DNA from: Bugula neritina
Lineage: Eukaryota > Animalia > Bryozoa
DNA: 64,000 nucleotides
Assembly (NCBI GenBank): GCA_964035545.1
Contig: OZ037765.1
Span: 558,001 to 622,000, forward strand
Direction of reading: 5' to 3'
The first letter of the stretch is position 1, and each line of letters begins with the position of its first letter. The notes below the pieces were generated by a model. The model saw only the letters and a program-made list of their open reading frames with translations, was not told the DNA's origin and searched no databases. This document shows positions 35,330-49,000 of the stretch, in pieces. The translations under genes and the position numbers were made by a program.

Positions 35330-35800
35330 AACAGAGACTAGGATAGTAACTGACTCCACTATTACTCTTTCTACTCATAGACTGATACATCTGTTTACTT
35401 ACACCGGACAACTGTGGTGTAGAGACAACTGTAGTGTTGAGACAACTGTAGTGTGCAGACAACTACACTGTAGAGACAACTGTAGTGTGGAGACAGCTAC
35501 GCTGTAGAGACAACTGTAGCGTGGACTCAGTTTACTTAGTGTACATAAAGTGTAGATATGTAAGCCAGTAGTGATACTCAGGTGTGCCAATATTGCTGTT
35601 GATTCAGTCATCTTATATACAACAAGTTTTGCCATAATTATTTATTTTATTGTATTTTTACAATAATATTATATTTTTCACTGCATTCAGCTGTAGTTAC
35701 TTATTTCCACTTGCACACACAGTACACTAGGAGGGTACAAACTGTGAACTAGTATAAAATACACTATAAATACATTCTTGTCTGATCACACATGCAGCAG

Positions 35801-38800
35801 CTAAGAGGCCTCAGCTTGAGTCTGTTTAGCCTCAAAATCTCTCATTCTCTGCTCCAGTACGGGTCGGAAGTGTCTGATGAGTCCCTGCAGTGGAAAGTGG
35901 CTACGTTATAGCACTTCTAGCATATTCTCTCAGTATAATCTTACAGGGAAGATCCTCACAAATACACAATCATTTGCTTATACTATTTAGTATATATTAT
36001 ATAATGACTATTATAATATATAGTATATATAACGCAATGCTGTATTGAGGATGGTTGTGTTGCTGTAGACTGAATTACTAAGGCAAAAAATCTAGAACAC
36101 CAAGGCTACAGTACTGCATCTTTCACTTTGTGAAGAGACACATTGGAGTTGCATACCCTGAAGCAAGAGATGACAACTTCACACCTGACACACAATTTCT
36201 ACTGTAATAGAAAGACATAGTAGATGTTTTACCTGCACAGGCCATGCTGCTCCGTCTCCCAGAGCACAGATAGTGTGACCTTCTATCTGCTTTGACAACT
36301 CATACAGCGAGTCTATTTCAGACGGTTTAGCTTGTCCAGTGGCTGCAATATAGTGTATAATACTTAGTAATATAGTGTATAATACTTAGTAATATAGTGT
36401 ATAATACTTAGTAATATAATATATTGTATAATACTTAGTAATATATTGTATAATACTTAATAATATATTGTATAATACTTAGTAATATATTGTATAATAC
36501 TTAGTAATATATTGTATAATACTTAGTAATATATTGTATAATACTTAATGATAGAATAGTGTACGTGATGGCAGACAACTCCCTCATCTATCAACATTAT
36601 ATAACTCACTGAATCTGTGCATGACCTTCATCATCCAGCTCACCCCCTCTCTACACGGAGTACACTGGCCGCAGCTCTCGTGTTTGTAGAAGTCAATGAG
36701 TCGAGATATACACCTGGATAATACACAGGAGATAGAAGACGGGGCGTTACCATCACTACCCTATACAACGGCTCAGTTGACAAAAAAAGGCTTTCATATC
36801 TCCAAAAATGATGGAATTTCAAATAAGTGGAGTTAAAAATAAAGCTGGTAAACCAACAACATAGCCATCACTGTGAGTAGCGTGAACAATAATTTTAGCC
36901 CCAGATACTAGCAGAATGTGTTGAATGTTTTGCCATTTTCTAAGTTCTGGGACTAGAAACAGCAGAGAAACTGTTGAAGGTATCAATAGCCTGTGATCTG
37001 CTACACCCACCTCACTATATCAGACTGTTTATTCATAACAATGACAGCCGCAGTTCCCAGACTAGTCTGAGCCTCAACGAGTCCATCAAAGTCCATTAAC
37101 ACTGTATCGCAGGAGCTACAGAAACAGAGTAGTGAGTACTTGAGAGATATACTTAAACTCAAGATCAAATAACTTAAATTTATAGTGCATGAATTTATAA
37201 TAGAGCAAAGCTGAATAGGAAGATGAAAGTATATATAGTTTTATGATAACTTTTGCTTTCCTTCATAATGAAGTAGAGTAGAGTTAATACTGTAGCTTAA
37301 GTCACCAGTTTCCTATGATACAAACAACGGAGCGCAGGTAACATTCTGTCCACAGGTAATACCACAACTACTAGAAACGAACCTCTTAGGTATGACAGGA
37401 GTGGATGAACCACCTGGAATAACCCCCAGCAGGTTGTCCCAGCCGCCAATAACCCCGCCAGCGTGTCGTTCAATCAGCTCCTTCAGAGGAATCGACATTT
37501 CTTCTTCCACCGTACACGGATTGTTGACTTGCCCGGAGATGTTGAACAGCTGTGACATGCAGACGTGTAAGGTGTAATATACAGAGAGTGTAAGGTGTAA
37601 TATACAGAGAGTGTAAGGTGTAATATACAGAGAGTGTAAGGTGTAATATACAGAGAGTGTAAGGTGTAGTAATATACAGAGAGTGTAAGGTGTAATATAC
37701 AGAGAGTGTAAGGTATATTATACAGAGAGTGTAAGGTATAATATACAGAGAGTGTAAGGTGTAATATACAGAGAGTGTAAGGTGTAATATACAGACAGTG
37801 TAAGGTGTAATATACAGAGAGTGTAAGGTGTAATATACAGAGAGTGTAAGGTGTAATATACAGAGAGTGTAATGTGTAATATACAGAGAGTGTAAGGTGT
37901 AATATACAGAGAGTGTAAGGTATAATATACAGAGAGTGTAAGGTATAATATACAGAGAGTGTAAGGTGTAATATACAGAGAGTGTAAGGTGTAATATACA
38001 GAGAGTGTAAGGTGTAATATACAGAGAGTGTAAGGTGTAATATACAGAGAGTGTAAGGTGTAATATACAGAGAGTGTAAGGTGTAATATACAGAGAGTGT
38101 AAGGTGTAATATACAGAGAGTGTAAGGTGTAATATACAGAGAGTGTAAGGTGTAATATACAGAGAGTGTAAGGTGTAATATACAGACAGTGTAAGGTGTA
38201 ATATACAGAGAGTGTAAGGTGTAATATACAGAGTGTGTAAGGTGTAATATACAGAGAGTGTAAGGTGTAATACACAGAGAGTGTAAGGTGTAGTAATATA
38301 CAGAGAGTGTAAGGTATAATATACAGAGAGTGTAAGGTGTAATATACAGAGAGTGTAAGGTGTAATATACAGAGAGTGTAAGGTGTAATATACAGAGAGT
38401 GTAAGGTGTAATATACAGAGAGTGTAAGGTGTAATATACAGAGAGTGTAAGGTGTAATATACAGAGAGTGTAAGGTGTAATATACAGAGAGTGTAAGGTG
38501 TAATATACAGAGAGTGTAAGGTGTAATATACAGAGAGTGTAAGGTGTAATATACAGACAGTGTAAGGTGTAATATACAGAGAGTGTAAGGTGTAATATAC
38601 AGAGTGTGTAAGGTGTAATATACAGAGAGTGTAAGGTGTAATACACAGAGAGTGTAAGGCGTAGTAATATACAGAGAGTGTAAGGTGTAATATACAGAGA
38701 GTGTAAGGTGTAATATACAGAGAGTGTAAGGTGTAATATACAGAGAGTGTAATGTGCAGAATAAACTTCCTATAAGACACCTTTTGTCCTCTGTTTCTTT

Positions 38801-41800
38801 CTCGGCCCATTGAGGCAAACCAAGAACCACCCCGTCTGCAAATGGCGGGAGCCACAGCTACAGTCTCCACGTTGGCTACAGTTGTGGGACATCCAAACAC
38901 TCCTATGTCAGCGGGGAACGGGGGTTTGAGTCGGGGTTTCCCCTGCTTGCCTTCAAGGGACTCTATCAGTGCCTGAAGTAGAGATCGAGTATTGCAGCAG
39001 CAAAAAGAGTAGAGGTCAGTGTTCAAACACTATTTATTTGAAGATACATATTTATTTATTAATCCCAACCAACCATAGGATAAGCATGTAGAGCACATAG
39101 AAAACTCAGTTATGTCCAGAAAAATACTTGCTTTTCAGCAGCAGCAAGAAGACACTCAGTCACACTATTTATAACAACCAATCAGACACAGTAGCAGATC
39201 AATAGGCCTCACATGCATTATAGAATAGAAATCTAATACAAACTTCTTAAATAAATTATACAATTTACCAACACAAACTATAAAGCAGCACAAAGCATGT
39301 GGTTATATAATACTGAAGACAAGCTGATAGGCTCACCGTTTCCTCGCCACAGATGTAGGCCCCGGCCCCGCGGTGCAGGTAGACATCAAAGTCGTAGCCA
39401 GAGCCGCACGCATCTTTCCCGATGAAACCGGCTTTGTACGCCTCGTTGATGGCAACCTGCATGTTACTGGCCTCGTTGTAGAACTCCCCTCGGATGTAGA
39501 TGTATGCTGTAGATCATCACAGAAGTGTAAACTGCAGCAAATCTCTGCTTACTAATTACAAGTTACTCAGGTAGTTAAAGGAGCAGTAAAGTAGTGACAG
39601 TAGTAGTAAGGTAGTGACAGGTGTGGGCAGGTAGTGACAGGAGTAGTATGGTAGTGACAGGTGTGGACAGGTAGTGACAGGTGTGGGCAGGTAGTGACAG
39701 GTGTGGGCAGGTAGTTGACTTACCGGCACGAGCTCCCATAGCCCTACCCGCGACCAGACATCCTTCCACCAGAGTGTGCGGGTCGTGTCGCATGATCTCC
39801 CGATCTTTACATGTGCCAGGTTCTCCTTCGTCAGCATTCACGACTAAGTACTTCGGCCTAAAGTCAGCGGTAACATAAGTGAAGGAAGTCAAAATTACTC
39901 CAACACTTTATAATCTACATTTTGTTAGAACTGCTTAATTATAAAATGGAAGAAAAGAAAATGTAATTTAGATGGTAGAAACTGAGATGATGCAACAGGA
40001 AAGCTATGAAGAAATATTTTATTGGAGAGAGGCTTAGAAAATCTCTCACAATACGCCATCATCTAGAGAATGCACAGAGTAGCAAGGAGAAAGAGAATGC
40101 ACAGAGTAGCAAGGAGAAAGAGCATCACTGGGTTTACCTGCCATCGTCTGGTTTATTCATGAAACTCCACTTGAGTCCGGTGGGGAAACCGGCTCCACCC
40201 CTGCCTCTGAGCCCCGACTCCTTCACCTCCCCCTGGATCCACTCCGGCCCTTTTAGTACAATCTCCTTGGTCTTATACCACTGGCCCTGCGGAGATGACA
40301 ACACAGCTTGTTAAACCTCAGGTGACAAAACTCTATACTAACAGGTCATCATGTAATGAAAATATTACACACAAATGTTCTACACACACATCACATATAT
40401 CATAGACTAACCCGACTCATTGCTCCCTTCAGCTTCCAGTCATGTCTACCATATAAGTTTGTAAAGATCCTGTCCTCATCTTTAAGGGGACCAAACCTGG
40501 TCTATAAAGTAAAACAAGGTACCTGGCTACAGATCACATTATATCAACCTTTAACAGAACAGATCACAGGAATTTATACATCTTCAGCTACAAAAACTTA
40601 TATAATTTTACTGCTCTATAAAGAAGTGTCAAAATATAGAAAGATGAAGAGTCAAGCAAGGCATCATTCACAAGGTAGGTGGCAGAGCACAGGGTTAAAA
40701 TTTCATAATAAAATATAGCAACTCCAGTAACTACCTTTTCAGGTTTCTTCTCAGCCTCTGCAGCAGAGAGATTAGATGAAGTGGTGAGAGTGGCAAGTCG
40801 AGCAGTTTGGTGACCTAGAAAATAATTCAGAGAATGTTATTATCTCCCCGTGATAGAGTAGACTATTCAGAACTACCAACTGAGAGTGAGATAAGCTTGA
40901 CTATCATAGCATTACTAAAATCAGCAGCAGGCCCATAGTAGATAGTAAAATTATTGAATATTAACACTAGCAATAAATTGTAATTAATAGTCAACTTTGC
41001 CTGTTTCATACAAGTATAATGCTCATTTTTAGCATTGAAATTATTTGTTAGAAATCTAAGAAATACAAAAGAACTATAAGTATAGTATTACCATAGCCAA
41101 ATTATTGACCCATCATTGATTCATTCTCAACTTTAAACATATTCTATGACTATTTTCTTATTTTGCTATATTGAATACTGTTACAAATAGACAAAGACCT
41201 TATGACTATGAGTGTGTGACAATGCTAATTGCAATGAAAATATGAATATAGATACTAAATTCGGTATAAAATTAAAAATGAATAAAAAATACATTTTTGA
41301 TATCAACATAGACAGTATCATTATCTCAGTATCTGCAAGTTCATGTTTCAGTTATTAATTTTGAGTATAGCAGTTTCAGTTTGAGTTCAAGTATTACTAG
41401 ATTTAGTTTTCCTTTTGATACTAATACTGAGTAATGAGTGAGCAATACTAAGTCTAATAGTTTATATGTGATAACCATATTAATTTCATTTTCAACATGA
41501 ATATTCGTATTACTATTACTATTAGTATTAGTATTATCATTAGTATAAGTGTTACTATTGTTATTACATTTAGCTTTACTAAGTCATACTATAATTTTAC
41601 AAAAAAAATGAACATGACTGGATGAGCACCACTACACTTACACTTACAGTAACAGTGACTATGAGTAAGTGTATGAGTATCAGCATGGGCGTTATGATTA
41701 TATGATTATCGTTATGATTATGATTATTACTATTACTAATACTACGTATTACTATTAGATTATCATCAAGATATGGCATTAGCCATTACTATTAGTGATA

Positions 41801-41961
41801 CCATTAGTATTGGCAAATAATATTAATATCTATGAGTATTTATTACCTACTTCCAGTTTAACCTTAAGGTTTTAGTTGAACTTATACTCCAACTTTTACT
41901 TGTAACTTTTATTTAAAATTTACTCACCACGAAAAGGTAGAATTCGCAACACCGAATACAT
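35801..41961 (-). CDS. NDUFV1: NADH:ubiquinone oxidoreductase 51-kDa flavoprotein subunit, 12 coding exons
   Basis: [11 protein letters not shown] presequence exon 41928-41961; [126 protein letters not shown]; stop at 35801-35803. Confidence 0.97.
36347..36548. repeat. 20-22-bp minisatellite AATAT(AG/AT)TGTATAATACTTAGT abutting the NDUFV1 acceptor
   Basis: Directly visible. Confidence 0.9.
37565..38757. repeat. 23-bp minisatellite GTGTAAGGTGTAATATACAGAGA, about 51 copies, making up nearly the whole NDUFV1 intron 37550-38780
   Basis: Directly visible; source of three long spurious minus-strand ORFs. Confidence 0.97.
39590..39716. repeat. 20-bp minisatellite GTAGTGACAGGTGTGGGCAG next to the NDUFV1 donor at about 39723
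   Basis: Directly visible. Confidence 0.85.
41060..41925. repeat. Degenerate (WNTNAN)n tract inside NDUFV1 intron 1
   Basis: 41636-41665 acttac acttac agtaac agtgac tatgag; intron defined by the donor at 41927 and exon 2 at 40814. Confidence 0.75.
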
Positions 41962-42499
41962 CTTTAATAATAATTTCCTAATGGCTAGTACTCAGTAAAT
42001 CCAACAAGTCTTAACACATTAGGGATGAGATTTTAGCTGAAAACGGAACTTTTCAGCCAAACTTATCCAAACGTTGGGTTGGGAAAATTACATAACTTGC
42101 AGTTTACGTCTAGTTGACTGATCACTGAGGTGCATTCAGCAGCTAATCATGCTGGAAAACCTACCGTCTTTTGCACTAGCCAATAAATTTATCCAATTGT
42201 GATTAAAAGCCAATACTGATCGGTGTGCGCTGCTATTGGACACATTCGTACTTTCATTTTTAAGGTGAAGGTTATTTTCCAGTAACGTCCACATGTGCAT
42301 TTATTTGTATATTATAATAATCATGCAAAAAATCAGTAATATTCAAAAAATTGTTACATTTACTGAGAGTTATTAGTTTCGTAACGCTCTGTAAGAAGGT
42401 CACAGTGAATTTAACTCAATTGTTTTTCGCACATTAGGTGAAAAATTTAGTTTTTTAGTACCTCTGATAAGTTCAAATTCAATTTTACAGTGACCGTAC

Positions 42500-43070
42500 T
42501 CATTCTCAGGTTTCAGAGTGAGAGTCAGTAGCACTAGTTACTGTTAGTACTGACAGCAGCTCTGAGCAGACACTCAAACTAACAGTTTTATACTTATAGT
42601 TATACTTATTAGTTATAGATTTTTAGCTCTACTGTTTTTACCACCGGTAGCCGATGCTAATACAGTGATCGCCAATTCCAATTATAGTCATAGTGATCTT
42701 CATCTGTGATTCATCTTTAGGAACTCAAACTGTTTGCGATTATCATTCTGCACTCACTTACGGTAAGTGTGGTTTTACTTGTACGTTTCAGTTTACGGTT
42801 TAGTTTTAACTGTTACTGTTAGTATTTCAGTTTGCATTATGATTGTATTGACTTCGAGGTACATCTATAATTATTTTTATATTTATTAGTGAGTATTTTG
42901 AAGTTGATAGTTATCACAAGACTTATACTTATAGTTATAGTATGAAATAATGTACTTTATTTCTGCATGTGTTTTAAATGCAAGTTTAAGTAATGGGTTG
43001 TGAGTTTAAATTCTAATGATGATCATGATGTCAGGGATCAAGTCACAGTTTATATTATTATTGTACCCCA
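42500..43070. repeat. Degenerate (WNTNAN)n tract on the other side of the NDUFV1 promoter
   Basis: ttttat acttat agttat acttat near 42586; tgttac tgttag at 42811; donor-like ACG|GTAAGT at about 42762. Confidence 0.6.
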
Positions 43071-46000
43071 AGCATAAGCCCTTAAACATGCTATGGTAAG
43101 AAGCACAATTCTTTAACTATTCAAATACCCTTACCATCACACTGGGATGGAATCTATCATAATCATACTGACATTGAAAGCATAAAAACCTGTACTCCAC
43201 TGTAATAATCACCTGGCTCATTTTAGTACCTTTTAGTGATGGGCTATTACAAATAATATCTTTTAACTCATATTTATACTGGATTAGAATGTAATAGTTA
43301 TATCATTATAATACTATAGTATTTGTGTGCATACCTTTACTATTGGACATTTGTTGATTTGTGACAAAGGTCATAACTATTGTTTCAACTGCAAAAGCTA
43401 AAAGTAAACCAAACCTTCATCTTACCAGCAACATGATCGAGTTGGGAAGTATAATCTGACTCAACATATTACGTTGCAATAACTCAGGTGTTACTGTTTG
43501 CTTCACTTAGGGATCAGCTTGTCTCACTTTACCAAAATCTCCTCCATTTTTACTTTGAGTAGAAAGTATATTTCATCTCATTATATTGAGTGAATCAACT
43601 TGTACTGTGATTTATATCAGTTTCTCTTCATGTATAGCTTGAGCTTCTCAGACTCCAGTATAGAAAGTTATACAGACTCTATAAAACTCAGTAAGGTGGG
43701 ATATTAAGACCCCCCATACTCTATTATTAGTCATGGGATTAGAAACCTGGCTATCTTATTTACAGCTGAATTTATATTCTAGCTGGATAATTCATCTTAG
43801 CCCTAGCTCAATTACATGCTACTCTGGTTGACTAGTAGCACCCATCAGTACTAGTACTAAATCACAGGCTAGTGTTAGGATTTCAATGGCATTCAGATTC
43901 TATATTTAGCAGCACTGGCATGGGACCACAGGTCAGAGGTCATAGGTCATATACCTCATAGTGTAGAACAAACTAAACACCCAACTTGCCGGTCATTTCC
44001 TACAGTAAGTTTAAGGGATGTTGACAATTCGTGTGGCCGTCATGTAAATTATATTCTCTTTTATTTGCAACAAGATCTAATAAGATATTTAATTTGAGAT
44101 ACAGGATTTATACATGCTGAGTAATAACAAGAGATATATGTATGCAGGTATAAAAGGTTATTTAGTAACAAAAACAAGTTTCTCCTTGAACTTGCTGGTA
44201 TATTGCATTGACTCACTCCGTAGCTGATCTAGTTGTTCAACTTTCTAACATACTTCTGGTTGCATCATGTAGTGTCAAGTATACATCACACTCTACAGCT
44301 GCAGCCAACATTTATGTTACAATGACATTCTATTCTAATATAATTAGTATATTTCATTATATTATAATATATGTATTTAATATTTTACTGATGAGATGGT
44401 ATCTTTAACCTTTTTGATATGCAGATGATAAATCTTGCAAAGAACTTTCAACTTGCACTGATGGTATAAAGCAGTCAATATCATGCCAAGAAGTGAGAAA
44501 TATAATGGTAGCTAGCATCTCTCTACTCTCTAGTCATAGCATTGTATATCTAGGTCTTCTCTAATTCCTCACATAACTCTACATATTAGCATAGCTCCGA
44601 GTTTAGGTCAGCAACGCTGCTTCATGCTACACATTGTCTCTCAATATCTCCCGATTTCTCTCACTTTCTCTCAATTTCTCTCAATACCTCTCGCTTTTTC
44701 CCCAATATCTCTAACGTTCTCTCAATTTCGCTAGTTCTCTCAAGACCAAACACATGCCCTAGAATGTCAGAATGTTGGCTTCTAGTCTAATTTCTTGTTG
44801 GTTTCGTGTTGAGGAAATGAACTCTGATATACAGCTAGCAGATGTAACGAAGTAGTTTAAATACAATACAAGTCACCGACTAGCAATATTATAAGGAGTT
44901 GTTTGCTCTTTGATCTACTGGTTTTGCACGGGCACACAACTCTTAATTTTCTTTATTATTTTCTAAATAAAAACAAGTACATCAGTTGGTATGCTTTTTC
45001 GTAAAAATTCATTTAAAAAAATTAAATCAAACTAAAAATTCACTGTGAACTGTTTCAAGTTTTGTTGCAGTTGTCCATATTGAGCAAAATTATAACGATC
45101 TATATCCTATATACATTGAGTTTATTTATTCTGCTTTTGCCCACCTGGATTATATTTTTTTTAATGTTTATGTCATCCTACCAGTTTGAGCACATGCAGA
45201 GGTTGTGTTCTTTTAACACTGCAGAGTATCACTCCATGCAGTTAGTTATACTCTGGATTATATTCATAGTGAGTACTCTACTGTTAGACATGTTCCCCAG
45301 CCATGAATTAATTAACCATGACACACTATGCTATACTAAATGAGATGAACATACATCAACATAATCCCTTTAAATCTCTCATATGTTCTACTTGTATACT
45401 GGTATGTGGGGAACACTAGCTAGAGTTGAAAGCATTCATTCACTCACTTTAATCTACTCTGACTCCAGAATAATATCAACCAGTGGACTCTGATGTACCC
45501 TGGATGGTGACATCTGTTAAACTTATTCCTTAATACTGGTCAATATAACCTTCCTTTGACCTCAAATAACCAGCTGTAGCCTCAGATCTTACACTGATGG
45601 TAGTATAATTAGTTTGCTTTCCCTCATCTTCTACTCCTCTCTAAGCTTCAAGTTCTGTGCTGTATATCATATAAATTTTGATGTGTTGTAGTCTGCCACA
45701 TTATGCAAAATCATAAGTCAGTATTTTTATCTGATGCTGCCGCATTTCATGTTACTTCACTTTGTAAGATTTGCCAAAGACTGACTAATTATCAATAGTC
45801 TATTCCTTTTAATACAATTACTTTCCGTCTTGTTAGCACAGCAAATCATACAAATTTTTAGCTGAAGTGCAAGCATTTTCAGTGTTAGGTACATAATATC
45901 GGATGTTTTGACTTCTGATATTTTATCAGGTCTTTGATTTGCTATTAATTTCTCTCAATACTCGATAAACCAACATTCCTGACTGACAAATTTCATTATT

Positions 46001-49000
46001 ATCAATAATGAGTCAATAAATTCGTTCATAACGCAGTTATTTGTAAACAATGCGCTTTTGTCAAATTAGTATAGATGCATAACCTAGTTTCCCAAACAAC
46101 GCACATATTTACGAGGTCGAATTGAACCGTTCCTCTATATCCCATGTAATCTGTCTGTGATTCGTCGGCTAAGGCATTCGTAACAATGGCCAACTGTTCG
46201 CAGCCGCTACTCCTTTCACGCCGACAATGTTAGTGATTCACGCTTGAGTTACTCGAAGGCCTTGATTGCGAGACCAGCGAGGTTACTTCAACACAGGCAG
46301 TCCTCCCTTCCAGTTCGTTGTGCTATTGAATTCTCAGGTCATGAATTTTCATTTCGTCTGCAATTGACTTCCTCTCAAGGTAGGAAATATTACTCCTTGT
46401 AAACCACGTGGCAACTTGGATACTGGATTTAAGATTTTGTTTGTCCAGTTGATATGATTTAGTTATAGTTGTGCAATCACCATGACTGTCAACGTTCGCA
46501 TTGTCACTGTGATTCCCTGATTGTGTATGTAATTGGAGGGGGGGGGGGGGGATAGCTTCACAGAATAAGTTATGGAAAATATTACATTTTGATTTACTGT
46601 ATACCTGCCTGAGGCCAAGGAGTTCTGACCAGGTTATGGAAAGGTTGAACTCCGTTGGGATTATTAATGTCACGAAAGGCGGTCATCATAGTGATAATTG
46701 CTCCAAGCAGAGGCTCTCTCACCATGTTGTCAACATCGTGAGAGACTAAGAGCTTAGTCTGCTCAGATTAGGGGTTCTGGCAGGGGTGGATACTTTACTT
46801 TTGTCTATCTACCATATTGGTATTCACAAGAAATAGAATTTCAAATATCTTGTTATTGTCTTAACTTTAGCCTGAGGCTTATAAGTTACAATAGAATAAA
46901 ATATAACCTGCTGAACTTCTATTTTGACTGTCAATACGAGTATGATTATGAGTATCAGTATGATTATAAGATTAATCTCAAGCTCTATGGTTGCTGTTGG
47001 GGACTACTTCAATACGAGTATTATACTCTCCATGTGCTGCTTGTTGTTATAGAAATAATTTTTGAATTCAGAGAGCTAGTCATTGAATTTCCATCAGTAG
47101 GATCATAATTCATATTCATAAATGTTGTACTTGTTGCTAGGCAGTGATTACTAATAGAAATGTGTGTAGAAGATACTTCTCCATAACCACATAATATGTT
47201 GTGTCACAAAACTTTAGACTTTTTGAAGATCTGTGACCATGATGGTTAGACCATGGTCACAGTCATGTGATAACATTGTCGCAGTCACGTGGTCACAGTC
47301 ATGTGATAACATTGTCACAGTCACGTGGTCACAGCTGTTCATACTTATAGTCTGTGTAACTTGGGTGTATTTGTGACTGAAGGGGTCGGGATTTCTAGTC
47401 TGCAGGTCATGCAGTTAATAAAACTCTTTGCAAATGTTGACCTGCCAGCTCACAGCAGGTGCCCTTACTGCCAGCTTTTAGCAAGTGCCCTTGTATACTG
47501 TAACTGCTCCAATCAACTGTCACTGGATAGTATGAAGATGTTTCTCTCTGTGAATACAAGTAATTACTAATTCCAGAGCTATTCTGGGAACCAGTTGTTA
47601 GCTGAAATCAGTACCAACTTGTATTAATTATACATCTATTATCTTGTTATGTTTAATGTTATTGATGGCCGGTCCATGTTGTGCCTTTCTTAAAAACTTG
47701 CTCTTTTACGCAAATATTTTAAACATTTAACATGCTGTGTGAATCTTCCAACTGCCTCCCTATACTAGCATTTTGCTGTTTGCTCCCCTTCCCCACCACC
47801 CACACCCCCACACTATCATAGACTCTTATCCACTCCCAACTTTACAACACTCAACCAGTCAAAACTCAACATAGTATCATCTCTACTTCTTGCAAAGCCT
47901 CGTAGGAGGTAAGGCAGCATCAGCTGTTACCTCAGACCCAACAGCTGATCCCGTGTTAAGTAGGAGCTATAAATAGAAGTGTATTATTATATAATAGCTT
48001 TGTTTGTTTAAGTTTATCTGATACTGAATTCGTGTCCCCCCAGCAGGTATCTGTTTGAACAGAGACTAAACTAAACACAGTAGCTTGTACTGTACAGCAG
48101 TAATATCAACCTTATGTAAACACTTTATGTACTGCTAGTTCCCCCTTACACACTTTCCTTCTAGCAACTGTATGTAAAGATAGGATTGAGTTATCCTTAC
48201 TAATACAGTTGATTCACACTGATTATGGTAATCTGTAAGGTCGTGGTGTGGTAAACAATTCATTCTGTTTCCTGCCTGCTAAACAGCTCACTCTATTACA
48301 GTGACTGTTAGATTCATTAGCACACAGCTAACTGACACCAACTGACATACAAGCATTCCTACGGTATATACTACACTATAACACACACTCTTATCTCCTT
48401 TTATAACTACAGATATAACACCACAGATATGTACAGCATAATAACATACCATTATATTTTATTACTAGACACCATTTCCTTCATATGTCACACCTACCAG
48501 TCTACCCATATAATCATAATATTCACCTCCCCTACCCCATATAATCATAATAATTTCACATTTCCTGCCCTATATAATATACAGCTAGTTTATAACTTAT
48601 TACTATCCCTCATTAGAACTGACTACCAGACTATTACTCTGCTCCAAACATAACCAGTCAGTTCTAGAAGGAATTCTTGAGCAAAGTTTCCTCACAGAAA
48701 ATCTTAGAATTCAAATAACTGATTAGAAAACTTTCCATATTAATTGTAACTGTAGAGGTTGAGAAATATGAAGTGTATATTTCACTTAGCTTTGGCTCCA
48801 GCTGATATCGAGTTGAAATGTCATCTAAACGCAATTGATGAGTTATAAACATTTTACAACTGGCTAAAGTTTCCTCCTACTTTGAATAATCCACTCATAG
48901 ATTTGAGGATCATTTAGAAGATTCCAGAATATCTCATAATCATTGATGACTTCTAAGGAGCACATATTAAACAGTGTATAATACATACTGACAGTTACTG

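Noticed and set aside
37470-39026. Long ORFs of 518, 387 and 370 aa ([10 protein letters not shown] repeats)
   Set aside because: Stop-free translations of the 23-bp intronic minisatellite; only 38781-38972 is a real NDUFV1 exon
41597-41779. Alternating-residue ORFs ([16 protein letters not shown]) here and at 59097-59374
   Set aside because: By-products of the 6-bp periodic tracts, not proteins
46183-46340. Stop-free frame ending at a phase-1 donor-like site, as a possible TNFAIP8 coding first exon
   Set aside because: No in-frame ATG after the upstream TAA; kept only as a possible non-coding exon
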